Notes under the pieces: generated by a model
What the model saw: only the letters and a program-made list of their open reading frames with translations
Told to the model about the DNA's origin: nothing
The model's database searches: none
Assembly (NCBI GenBank): GCA_026025795.1
Contig: JAPEUG010000017.1
Location: 1-64,000, forward strand
Direction: 5' to 3'
Length of the DNA stretch: 64,000 nucleotides
DNA from: Thelocarpon superellum
Lineage: Eukaryota
Shown here: piece after piece, positions 12,201 through 27,722 of the stretch
How positions within the stretch are numbered: the first letter of the stretch is position 1
Layout of the letters: each line of letters begins with the position of its first letter
Translations under genes and position numbers: made by a program

Positions 12201-15200
12201 CAGGATCGGCGTCTTGATGACGACATCAAAATGCATCTTTCCGGCATTCTCTTGCAGCGAGGTGGCCCGGTTCATGGCCGCTTGTCGAGCGGCGTTGAAG
12301 ATGGCTTGCATCTTGCCGAACTTGACCATGAATCCGATGATCTTCCGCACCGGTTCCTCCACAAAGTTGACCTGAATTGAGCCCGCGCGCAGGTAGATGG
12401 ACGAATCGTAGCCTGGATAAGCCTCGCCCGCATCGACGTTGAAGGTCTCGTAGCTAAAGTCGGCTAGATCGTCGCCCTGGATTGTGATCAGTTGCCGGAA
12501 CAACGAGTCCCGCGCCGCGCCTTGATTGACGTCGTCAAGAAGTGACAGGTTGCCCAGACGGGTGCCGATACGCATTGTCTTGCCTTTGAGGAAGATACCG
12601 ACGTCGGCGGCGTTCAGACTCAAGGTAGCCAGCCGTACGCCGTCGTCATTGAGGATCAGGACGATGCTAGTGAGGTCGATCTTGATCCGGATCTTGCCCT
12701 CGTCCGCCGCGACCTTGGAATCGATCGTCTTGGGGGGGCGTGGACCACCTGGCTCCGTCGCGGTGTCCTTTTCCTCGATGGAGGGCGCGGCGGACGGGGC
12801 ATCAGGGTTGGTGAAGGTCATGAGGACAAAGTCGAGCAGGGTGAGGAGGGTCCGACGCGTGACGACGAGATTGATGGTCGAGATGGCAACATCGAGATTC
12901 GTCTCGATGGCGTCATAGGCCGTCATGAATTCGGGTGAGTCCCTGTTGACCCGCGCGAACTTGACGGCAAAGAGATCCTTGCTCTCGTCCGTCTCCAGGC
13001 CCTCGGACGAGATGATGCGCTTGAACTCCGGGCTTGCGTCTGACTCGATGTGATCCACGACGGCAAAAGAATGCAGCACCACCTCGGCGATCATGTCATA
13101 CGGTCGCAGATAGAAGTCGAGATCAAAGCCTTCGGCCACGAGCTCGACCAAGAGTCGATCAGGGTGTTGGCCGTCGGGATCAGCCTTGAAGAGCGAGCCT
13201 TGAAGCTTGTCAACGGTGAACTTGAACTCGAAGTTGCGCTGATGGAGTTGTAATCGCTCGTCGTCGACGCCGTCCGACGCTTCTTCATAGTGTTCGTCAT
13301 GCTCTGGCTCGTGATCCTCGTCCTCCAACACCAACGCATGCTCCTGCGCGGCGAATCGAAACGAATTCGATGCCTCCCGGCGGTGCTGGCCTGTTGAACC
13401 CGTCTCACCCTCGGCGGCGCGGTGGACGCCTTCGTCTCCCTGACCGCGTGAGTCGGTCTGATCGTCGGCGAAGCGCGGAGTGGCTAGGTCGATGAGTTTC
13501 ATCAAGCTCTTGTACTTCACGTCTGACACAGATGCGTGTAGGACCGGAAGATGACCGGATACCCGGAGTTTGGTTAGATTCGGGGCTTTGGGCAGGATAG
13601 AGGTCTCGATGACGAAATCCATGTTGACACGGTCAATGATGTGCAGATCTTTCGGCCCGTCCTGCTGCGCCAGCTGGGTCTTGGTCTCCGCGATGGAGGG
13701 TCCAATCAATAGCTGGGTCGCGTGCAACGTGAGCCGGAATTTGTCGTACATGAGGCCCTCGAGGCGGTGGAAGTCTTCGTCGCTCAGCTGGCGCTTCTGT
13801 TTGGATTGCACCTCTCTGATGGTGGCGGGATCGATCAGGTCGCTGTTGAGACTAATGTGCCCCGCATCGAGGATAACGCAGCGTGCCTGCTCTGCCACGA
13901 CGCTGCTGGGAACGATGATCAAGGGCGCCTGCAGATCGAGCTTGGCGTCGATCGTCTTGTGCTCCTCTAAAGCGAACTCGAGCCCCGCGCGGGTTTGCTG
14001 ACGGAGCCCTTCGACTGTCTTGCCAGCGCTCTGCATCAGGGCGCCAATGGACTCCATGTGTCGCTCGGGCGGCTTGAAGAAGCGCACGACCTCGACGATC
14101 ATGCGTGGGTTATAGATGACCTCCATGCTCCGCAGCTTGACCAGGACGGCGGAGTTCGCACGACGATCGAGAGGGTTCTGCTCAAATTCGAGTACAAAGA
14201 ATGGATGGTCCTCGATATGGACACCTTCATCCGCCCGGATCTCCTCCTGGGTCTCCGCCTGGATCGCCTTATTGGCGGCGGCGGTGGCATCTTTGACTTG
14301 GATGATCTGAGGATACAGTGTGCCCTTGGTGGTGCCGTCGTACAGCCGCAACCCGGCGAGTCCCATGTGGAATAAGAAGGAGTCGGGTCGCTGGAGCCAT
14401 TTGGCTTGGAAATTATCGAACAACAGACTGAGCACCTGGGTTGCGGCACCGTGAGGATCGCGGCGCAGGGTGAAGCTCCCCGTCTGGAGACTAGCCTCGA
14501 TCTCAAGTTTGACGGTCTCACGCGGGATCTCGCCCGCCTCGGCGATGGCACCCTTCTCGCTCCAGTCGATGGTGTCGTAGAGCTCCTTACGCTGTTGATC
14601 CGTCATGCCGCCCCCCTCTCCGGCCGTCTCCTCTGTCTGCTTGGTGCCCCAGATCCATGACGTCCACGTCTGAGGGGTTGCCGGTTCGCTCGGCTTCTTC
14701 ACTAATGCGTTTTCTTTGCGGAGTTGGTTTCGGCCGACAGAGCGCCAGAAACGTAGGTCCTCGTAGGGTAAACTCCATTCGAGGGACGACAGGTCCGTGG
14801 TCTCCTCGGCCGTCAGGGCCTCGTCCTTTTTCTTCTTCTTGAAGAGCTCGAGATAGCGACGGCGATCACGCCAGCTCTGCAGACAGTATGCCACCGTGCA
14901 CCGACGGTTACGCTCGCGGATTTCGTCCAGCACGGCGGTGACGGCGAAGTTCAGCCAGGCCTTGGGATCGTCCTTGGGGGTGACTCCCTTGGGCTGGTAT
15001 TTCTTATATTCTTGATGCTGCAAGAAGTAATGGAAGGCATCCACCATCATGAGCGCGTCGCGGTACTGATCATCGTCGAGCATGAAGCCGATCTCATCGA
15101 AAAGCAAGCTGGCCTTGATGTGGGGCTGATCGGTGGCACCCGTCTTGCTGATCTCGATCTTCGCCTGGCCGCTGACAGGTCGCAAGAGGAACTGGTGGTC

Positions 15201-15980
15201 CATCGGGCTCGTAGCGTCTCCACGAACGATCAGGTCGCGGAAGCGATCCAACAGGGGCGCCACCGCGGCATCATCCCCGCCGGTGCTGTTGGGGGGCGCG
15301 GGGTCGGACCCTAGCAGGGTGGCATCGGTGTTCCAGTAGAGGGCCAAGGCGCCCAATGTGGCCAGCTTATGCGTTACGCCGGCCGTAGTGTTGATGAAGG
15401 CCGGCTGCCAGCCAGCGTCGGTGCTCACGGCGCTGAACTCTTCGAGAGTGACGCCCAGGGCGAAGGGGTGGCCCGGGGTAGAGACGGTATCTTCGTAGCG
15501 GAGGTGGATGTTTTTGACCGTGACTTGCAGGTTGTCGACGATCTTGGTGACGAGACTCTCGGTGAAGCTCTGGTTCTTCTGCTGATCCTCGGCGCTCAGG
15601 TTGTCGGGGCTTCGCTCCTTGAGCATCTCGGCGCTGTCGAGCTTCTCCATCTTGACGGCGTGACGCCGTCGCTGCTCGTCGTCGTCATCGTACGTGGCGT
15701 CCTCCTTGGGGGCGGCCAGCAGGAAGACATCGTCGATGGCGACGACCACGGCCTTGCCCTTGAGATTGGACCACGGGATGGACAGCGTCAGGCTCCCCAC
15801 GTGGCCCTTGACGACGTCGATGGGAAGCCGCAGCTGATCCAAGGCCTCCCGCCGCAACTCGAGGTTACGCAGCTTGACGTCTCCGTTCCATATGCCGAGT
15901 CGTAGCTGAGTTGGATCGAAGTTCTGGATGTACATACCCAAGAAGCGGTTAAGCAGCGGGGCCACCAGTCCTTCGAGCAT
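6257..15980 (-). CDS. VPS13: Vacuolar protein sorting-associated protein 13 (bridge-like lipid transfer protein), exons 15980-6764 and 6714-6257
   Basis: Chorein-N start MLEGLVAPLLNRFLGMYIQNFDPTQLRLGIWNGDVKLRNL, WEPLIEPW, VAB/SHR-BD region, QIDNQL, ATG2_C-like GNPVGLF..GLARKPLEGA. A 49-nt intron at 6763-6715 (GTGAGT..CTAAC..CAG) joins DLAS-N-VSEGIRNTT to the PH-like tail. Confidence 0.97.
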
Positions 15981-16754
15981 GGTGAAGGAGGGGGGCCGTC
16001 ACGCGGGCCGCGGCACATTCCTGGCCGGTCCTGGGCGAGTCACTCGGTGAAGGTGGAGATAGAGGCGGACGTGGGAAACGAGACATCAATCCAGGGACGG
16101 GTCGTGGCAGTCATACTCATTACGATCTCATCGGGTGTCTTCCTGTGGGAGGCTACCCGTTCCCTGCCTCCGTCTTACTCCGTCTACTCTTCGCACGCAC
16201 GAGCGACCTGATTTATTCCCCCTCGCTTATTCCTGCTCTCTACGACGACTTTACTAGTAGTAGTCGTAACAAAAGTACCACTTGGGCGGATCACCAAATG
16301 ACGTCTGTTCAAACCCACGTGAGTCCGGAGCGACCCCTTCCGGGCCAGGGCGACCAGCACACGCAAGAAGTCTGTGGACTGGCAGCAGTTGGTGCGTCTT
16401 ATGCGTGGCATGCCACTCGATTCGATTCGGAATCCATCGACGCTGGGCTTTTCCGTGGCACAAGCCCGGGTTGGCTCTGTCGTCATCCGGTTCACATCGC
16501 TGAAGTGCCGATTGATCGGGCCTTAGCCTAAATGGGAAAGGCGGCGGTGGAGCTCCGCCAGGGCAGGATGAAGGGAGGGAGAGCTCCCGGATGTTGGACA
16601 CTCACTTGTCTCTCGCTCTTTGCTTAGGACCTCACTACCACTGTCTCAACTGCTGTAGAGATATTACAACATTCAATTGCCGTGTGATCGGTGTCCCTCG
16701 TCCGCGGCCATTTGCTTTCGATCGCGGCGCCTCTCCACCCCGCCTTTAGTCACG

Positions 16755-17956
16755 ATGCTTCGTACCATGGTACCCCGCTCAATCTTCCGCTCGCTACCCG
16801 TCTCCTCTCGCGCGATTGTTCGCCCCACGCACCACCTCACACCCGTCAAGGGACCATGGCCCATGACGGGGTCTTCCTCGCTCGGCCGGCTTTCACCTTC
16901 GCTGGCCCTGGCGGCATGGACGCCCCGCTCCACCGCCATTCAGCGGGCCAGCACCACTGCGTCCGGCACGGTCTATGATACGATTGACAAGAAAGCGGAG
17001 CAGAGCTACGGCACGGAATTGCTGCAAGCAAATCCGGACGAGGTCTCAGGTGACTCAAGCACCCGTCATGTCATGGCAGAGGCGCGGAGCGAGACGGACA
17101 AGGACGTGGATATGCTCGCCGGGCTCAAAGCCGATCTAGTAAGGAGGCAAGCTGGCGGGGCGGCCCATTCGTTGGCGGCTGACGTGTTCATGTCTCCGTA
17201 GATCACGATCCGCGAGACCTTTGCCCTGCGAGACGTTCCGCGCGAGGCCCTCTACATTGGCCTCGCGGGGGTCCTGCCCTATCTGGCCACGTCCTTGTCA
17301 ACGCTGTACTTGGCGTGGGACATCAACATCTCGCACGCGACCGGCATGGGCTTCCTGGTCTCCGGCGCGACGGCGGAGTCGTTGCTGAACATCCTCGAGC
17401 CGCTACAGGTTGGCTACGGGGCCGTGGTAGGACTCCCGCCGCCCTCCGCAGCGTCTCTAGGCGCGCATGACTGACCCCATGCGTCGTTCAGATCATCTCC
17501 TTCCTCGGTGCCATCCACTGGGGGTTGGAGTTTGCCAAATATGGCGGCTACCACCAGGGCTACCGACGCTATCTCATCGGGGTCGTTGCCCCCGCCGTCG
17601 CCTGGCCCACCATCCTGCTGCCGGTCGAGTATGCGCTGATCACGCAATTCATCGCCTTCATCTTCCTCTACTTCGCCGATGCGCGCGCCGCTGTGCGAGG
17701 ATGGGCACCGGCTTGGTATTCCACCTACCGTTTCGTCCTGACCTTTATCGTCGGTGCCAGCCTGGTGGCCAGTCTGATCGGCCGTGGCGAGATTGCCGAC
17801 AAGATGGGCAGTCTGCCGGGCCCGGCCGAGAAGATGAAGGCCCTCCGGGACCAGGAATGGGAGAATCTGGAGAAGGAAGAAGAAGAGCGCAGTGCCCACG
17901 CGGCGGACGATAACGGCGAAGGCGAGGGCGATGGCGAAAGTGCCGAAGAGGAATAG
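16755..17956 (+). CDS. DUF3429/TMEM69-family membrane protein with probable mitochondrial presequence, 3 exons (16755-17138, 17202-17426, 17492-17956)
   Basis: Arg/Ser-rich N-terminus MLRTMVPRSIFRS. Motifs GLAGVLPY, YGAV/IISFLGAIHWGLEF and P.WY..YRFVLT. Canonical introns with CTGAC branch points. Confidence 0.85.
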
Positions 17957-18353
17957 TGACGGTGGTGTGGGTGCTCGGGCTGGAGTGTATATCAAGATCG
18001 ATAGCGTCTCGTACAATATCAAAGTCGGGTGTACTTCAGCAGAGCGCTGCGCTATCGTCGCGTTATCGGCAGCTCGCGTCTTGTGGGTCCGGGTTCTAGA
18101 GGCCCTTCCTCGTGCACCCCATCCGCAGCGCTCACGACTTTCGGAAGCGCGCCAGGATATTTCCGAAGGACGCCGACAAGGGAGGCGACAGCGGCACGTG
18201 TTCGAACTGTGGAATAGTGCATCTTCGCCAGCACCGCACGTCTCGTCTCAAGAACGATTCGTCCCGCGCTTCAAGGGGAGCATGGTGGAGGAGCAGCGGC
18301 ACGTGGCCGAGGTCCTACGCCGTCATGGCCGACAAGTCGAGGCCGCGGTGTGG

Positions 18354-18630
18354 TCAAGATTCTTTATTCTTGCAGTCACCTACCAGTCCCGTCATTAGAT
18401 GTTTGGTCCAGCATGCTCGAGACGTCGTACCACACTTCTCATCCAGACGATATTCACTGCAACATGGTTCGTCAGCGAGCGGCCCCCGCACCGGAGTCAG
18501 GAAGCACCACATACATGGCCACCACATTGGGAGGGCACCGGACATGGGTCTGTTCATACTTGACGCACCAAGCCCGCACGATGTAGCGCACGTGGCCACA
18601 CTTGTACTCTACCTGCGTGTAGTCACACAT
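18354..18630 (-). CDS. 55-aa Cys/His-rich microprotein, 3 exons (18630-18515, 18456-18431, 18379-18354)
   Basis: Introns GTATGT..GCTGAC..CAG and GTACGA..CTAAT..TAG join MCDYTQVEYKCGHVRYIVRAWCVKYEQTHVRCPPNVVAIEYRLDEKCGDCKNKES*. The MC-x8-CGH..C..C..CxxC pattern resembles small fungal Zn-binding proteins. Confidence 0.8.
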
Positions 18631-18976
18631 GATGGCGACGCCGCCGGCGCGTGGGCAAGGCGACCGGGCAACGAGACCGGGTAATCGTTCGAGCGGGTCC
18701 AAACGCCGATGACGCGCATGCCGGAACCTTTATATCCGCCGTCCGGCGCGGATGGGCGTGGGGCGCGAGCGCGGGCGCGGGCGCGGACGCGGGCCAAGCC
18801 TGCCGGAGCGTGCCCCATCGCTGGCGGGCGTGGAGGCGACACGGCGACGCGAGCGGATCCGCATCCCACGTCGACGACACTGCGGCGATCCATCGATGAT
18901 ATGCAGGTACACCGGCGTTGGGAGACAAACGATGGGGGCTCGGTAGAGAGGGGCCGGTGCGGGATGGGGGACAGGA

Positions 18977-19020
18977 CCATGGGGGCCATGGGGGCCATGG
19001 GGGCCATGGGGGCATGGGGG
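18977..19020 (+). repeat. (CCATGGGGG) x4-5 minisatellite, G-quadruplex-capable
   Basis: Five G5 runs separated by CCAT/CAT, read directly from the sequence. Confidence 0.85.
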
Positions 19021-20227
19021 ATGCGCCATGTTGCAAGTCAGCATCGGCGTCCTCCCCGCGAGGGGATGTGCCGCATGAGCAGCTCGGGAGGGCGGGCGTC
19101 GCCACATGCTTGCCCACAGCGCACACGCGGGGTCGGAACCGTAATCTCCCTCCGTCAGTCAGCAGCGCGGCTTCTCCGCGAGCGTTCGTGTGATAAGGCA
19201 TGGGGAAGCATGAGGCATGCTGCATGCGTCCGCGTAGAGCTGCGAGGGGTATTTGGGATCCGATCTCATCAATAGCCTCATCGCCAACGCGGGTACCTTC
19301 GTGCGGCATCCACGCTACTCAGGACAGCCGGTCGAGCAACGCGAGTTCAGCGTGAGCCAACGAGAAAGAAAAACATTGGGGCTTCATCAATTACAAACGC
19401 CGGTCTCAACGTGCAGGAGCGGGACACCGTCTCACTTCCGGATTTCATGCCCGTCCAGCAACAGAGGCTCCCGGGGGTCACGTAACCTTCGTAGCCGACG
19501 AGGCTCGCATTACTCGCACTTTCACCCTTGACCTGCAATCGCCGCCGGCGTGATGCGTTGAGCCCCTCCACCCCTGGTCCGTGGCCAGCGGCACACTTCC
19601 AGGCGCAGGTGCAGGTGCAGCTGCAGGAGCAGGAGGCGGACCGTTCGGCCGTGGATCCGAACCCGAGGTTGGCGGCCGGGGGGAGCCGGGATTTGACGGT
19701 CCTTGGGCCATGGAACAAGCTGACGCGGACCTTAGTTCCCGTCACGCGTGCGGCGCTAGCATGGTCCGACCTCTTGGTTCGGTGTGCGGCCGGCGCCGAT
19801 GAGAGGCGGAGGGAGAGGTCGGGCGGTAGATTGGCTCTCCCGGCTCCCCAAGTCGTGGTACGAGGACGGCGTCGTTAGCTCCGCTGGTGGCGTGAACCGG
19901 AACGCCATCCTGGTCGCCTCGATTGCCCGCGCCCAGGGTGGGAGAAGCGTTCCACGGCGAGCCCCTTCTGCTCCCTTAAGGGGGACGCATGCTCGACCTC
20001 TGGCCCCGGCGGCTCCCAACCTGCATCTCCCGTCCTCTTGTCGTCCGTCAGAGAGCTTGATCTCGATCGTGAGCGGTGAGGCTTGAGCGGCGAATGGTGA
20101 GGCTTGAGCGTCCGCGAGGTCACTGGGCCACGTCCTGGAAAGCTCCGCTGATGCCGCGTGGGCTCCGGGGGACTACACCCACGCCATGCGGGACGGGCCG
20201 ACCAACGAGACCGCAGCCTGGTCGCGT

Positions 20228-22333
<2,106 letters not shown>

Positions 22334-22884
22334 CTATCGAGGATGGCCGCGATCCGTCGAGCCAGCAATTGACAAATGGCGCTGGACCGGACGGCAGGGA
22401 TATGGCCTGGAGCTGCACGACATTGAGATATCTCCGCCCTGCGGAATGCCAGCCATGTGGTGGGCGCGGCGGGGTAGCGACAGGACCGGGGGCCCTTTGG
22501 TCGCTGAATTGAATTCGGAGTCTAAACTCTGGTGAGGATAGCGCTTCTTGTGGGGAGCCTTATGCGCATCACCACCCTGGCTCACAATTCGGACCTAGCC
22601 AGCACGGTCTGACAGCCAGGACGGAGCTACGATGGTGATGCATTCAAGCCAAGACCCCAATCTTGTTGGACTTCTCAGTCACGATGTCGATTCCCGGGAT
22701 CCGTGACGGACTTACGCAAGGAGGTGTAGTGGAGCCAAGGCAAGGAAGCGGGCGGGGTCTCTCTACCTAGATACATACGATCGACCAACGCTACCTACCG
22801 AATGCGACAAACAAAAGAGAGTGGGGGTGGAAATGACAGGTCTCGGAGATGGGTCTGACAACCGATAGCTACGTAAGGGCGCGT

Positions 22885-25343
22885 TCAGTCCGATCGTGAT
22901 GCGGTGACCGGCCCGATGGCCGAGGAGGTCGCATCGGGACCCGTCGGCGACGGGCCCGCCATCTCGGCCGTGGTCGATCCACTGAAGCCGGGCGGGCGGA
23001 GCGATTCGGGCATCTTCATGGGTACGTTGGGCAGCGTGGTGATGCGATGGGGCAGTTTCTCGCCGCGGACCACCTTCTCCATCTCCTCCCGCGTCAAGGT
23101 TTCATACTCGACCAGGGCCTGCGCCACCGCGTCGAGCTCCTTCCGTTTGCTAGTCAGCAGCTGCGTGGCCCGGGCTCGACCGTCCTCGATCAACTGCCGC
23201 ACTTCTCGCTCGATGGTGCGTTTGGTCTCGGAAGAGAGGCGCGAGTAGCTGGTGTTCAGATCGACGCTGCCCAACGACTCCGACATGCCCATTTGCGTGA
23301 CCATGGCGTATGCCACCTCGGTGGCCTTTTGTATATCCTGCGGCACCGTTAGTTGCGAGAGGCGGGAAGAAGCGACTCCAACGTACGTTAGATGCGCCAC
23401 TGGTCACCTCATCGGCGCCGTAGACGAGCTCTTCGGCCACCTTGCCGCCCATACAGATGTCGATCATGGCTCGCAGCTCGCGCTTGGCCTGCGAGACCTT
23501 GTCCAGCTCGGGCAGCTGGAAGGTGATACCCAGGGCTTGGCCGCGCGGCATGATGGTCGCCTTGTACAGGGGATCGGCGCCAGCGGTGAACATGGCGACG
23601 ACGGCGTGGCCGCCCTCATGGTAGGCCGTCATGAGCCGGTCCTTGGGCTGGATCACGGCGCTGCGTCGCTCTGCGCCCATCATGATCTTGTCTTTGGCCC
23701 ACTCAAAGTCTCGCATCGTCACCTTCTTGGCCTTGTTCTTGCTCGCGTGCACCGCCGCTTGATTGATGACATTCTCCAGCTCGGCCCCCGAGAAGCCTGG
23801 CGTACCACGCGCGATGATGCTCGCGTCCACGTCGATTGCGACCTGCACGTCCTTCATGTGGTGCTTCAGGATGGCCACTCGGCCTCGCACGTCCGGGAGG
23901 GGCACGATGACATTGCGGTCGAAGCGGCCCGGTCGCGTGAGCGCCTTGTCGAGGAGCTGCGGCAGATTGGTCGCAGCGATGACGATGACACCACTATCGC
24001 GGGCAAAGCCGTCGAGCTCCACCAGGAGCTGATTCAGCGTCTGCTTGACGTACGCGGCGTCACGCTCGTTCCGCTTGCCACCGATGGCGTCCAGTTCGTC
24101 GAGGAAGATGATGGCCGGCGCCTTGGCGCGGGCCGCCGCGAAGAGCTCGCGGACGCGCTTTGCCCCGACGCCGACGTACACCTCGTCGAACTCGCTGCCA
24201 GACATGTAGAAGAAGGGGACGCCAGCCTCGCCGGCCACCGCCCTCGCCAGGAGCGTCTTGCCCGTGCCTGGCGGCCCAACAAGCAACACACCCGTCGGCA
24301 GCTTTCCGCCGAGTGCCGAGAACTCCTGTGGAGCCTTGAGGAACTCCACCAGCTCTTGGAGCTCTTCCTTGGCTTCGTCACATCCGTGTACGTCGCTGAA
24401 GCGTGCCGTCTGTGTCTGTGGTTGCGCTTCCGTCGGCTGCGCGCCTCCGACTCGCCGAAGGAGACCGGTCGTCTCGACGACGACGGTCAGGATGACCAAG
24501 GCGCAATACGTGACCAAGCCAAAGTAGAGTAGGAACTTGACCCATTTGAAGATGGTGTTCCCGATCGTCTCCTCGACCACGACGTACATCGGGCTCTCCT
24601 TCGCCCCGCTCCCCGACGCCTCGCTGCTGGCGCGCGCGATGCCGATATTGCCGCCACGCGTCTTGGCCGCCACCGCCTGGCCGATGGCCTGGAGCTGCTC
24701 ATCTGAAAATGTGCCCGGGGCTCGTTGGTTGGCCGGGAGGCCGCGCATTTTCTCGCTCTGCACCTGGCCCAAACGTTCCAGCGCACGCACGTATGCAGCC
24801 TCACAGGCCGCGTTTGTGGCGTATCTCCCCGTCTCGTATCGCTCCACGACGATGTCGGCCATGTTCGCTTTGAGTAAGGCCTGATAGAAGCCATTTTGCG
24901 CCGTCGCGCTCTGCGGGTTATTGTTGGCCGTCTCCTCCATATGCGCGAGCAGGTTGCCCGACCAGGTCCGGCCGACGAAGCTTCGGCGGGCCGGAGCCGA
25001 GTCGAGTGCTGCCAGTCGTAGGGGGGAGGACGTGGGCCGGCTCGCCGACCGCGAGAGGCCCGAGTGGTGTCGTATCGAGCGCTGGAGAGTGATCGCAGGT
25101 AAAGGGGGGGAGTGGGTCCTCGCCAGTGCGATTCGAGTAGGAATCGACAACGGGAGTAGCGCTCGGACGACGTCTCCATGGGAGGCACGCACGAGGCCGG
25201 CGACCCCAGGCCAGAGGCTTCGTCCCAGACATCCCACCTGTAGGATAGATAAGGCGTCAGTCATCAGCAGTCCGTTCATGAGGTGTGGCGATGACCGAAG
25301 AAGGGCGGCTTACCGGAAGGCTGCGCGTCGGAGTGAATGTCAT
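22885..25343 (-). CDS. YME1: Mitochondrial i-AAA protease (FtsH/M41 family), exons 25343-25314, 25237-23387, 23337-22885
   Basis: Walker A GPPGTGKT, Walker B IIFLDELD, SRH TRPGRFD, zinc site HEGGH, TSGASN/DIQKAT..MVTQMGMS and a single transmembrane segment. Introns are canonical; the short first exon is inferred. Confidence 0.95.
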
Positions 25344-25597
25344 CTCCGCCACCAAGGTCGCGGCTTACGACACCGGCCGCGAGAGATCACCACAGCACCA
25401 GTGGGTGACTCGAAACGATCGTGAGAGATGAGGGATTACCAGGAGACTGCATGAAGGACCGAATGACCACGATCGGTCGGGAGGAAGGGTGCGACACGTT
25501 CGATGGAGACGAAGAGGTCGACGTTCGAAGCGTCATATCGATCAAGCGATCGCTCTTCGTCCACGCCCAGACTTGTGATCTGAGTTTCGACCGGGTC

Positions 25598-25633
25598 CAC
25601 GTGACCGCCGACCTCCGCCATTTCAGTCACGTG
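25598..25633. promoter_or_regulatory. Pair of inverted GTCACGTG (Cbf1/bHLH-type E-box) sites about 260-290 bp upstream of YME1
   Basis: CACGTGAC at 25598-25605 and GTCACGTG at 25626-25633. Function is inferred. Confidence 0.4.
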
Positions 25634-26188
25634 ATTATATCCACCCCAGCCTCTTCTAGAAAGATGGTGTTCCCCACGGACAGGTACGACGGCCCAATCA
25701 AGCGCCGAAAATGCAGCTTGGCGATCGTGCATCGCATCACGGCGCGCAAAGTGACAGCTGATTGGGATTTGGTCATGGCAGCGTCATGGGTCAAGACCAG
25801 AGGATGGAAAGACTTTTTGGATCTAATCGTGATGGTCATGCCGGTCATGTCATGTCCATGCCCATTACTCATACACGGATATTAGATATTCGGATAAAGC
25901 AACGCCACGGCCACGCCAATCATGACCGTCCACCGGTTATACCAAGTCCCACACCGCACCCCTTCATTTTCTCCCAGCCCCGGCTCCAGCTCCAGCTTCG
26001 CGGACCCAGCCGCAGACTCCTTTTTCCTCCAGGCGCCGCGGTTCGACAAGAGAGAAGGAACGCGTCATGGTCATCATCATTGCTTTTGGGAGTCCACCGA
26101 ACGCCATGCCTGAGGTGGAGCATGATGGACGACAAAATTGGGGAGAGAAAGGTAAATGGTATCTGCACGCAGAGTGACAAGTGAGAGA

Positions 26189-27722
<1,534 letters not shown>

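Noticed and set aside
23252..24532. 426-aa plus-strand ORF
   Set aside because: Antisense shadow of YME1 caused by GC-rich codon bias. The same applies to the many ORFs opposite VPS13, GT71 and TFIP11.
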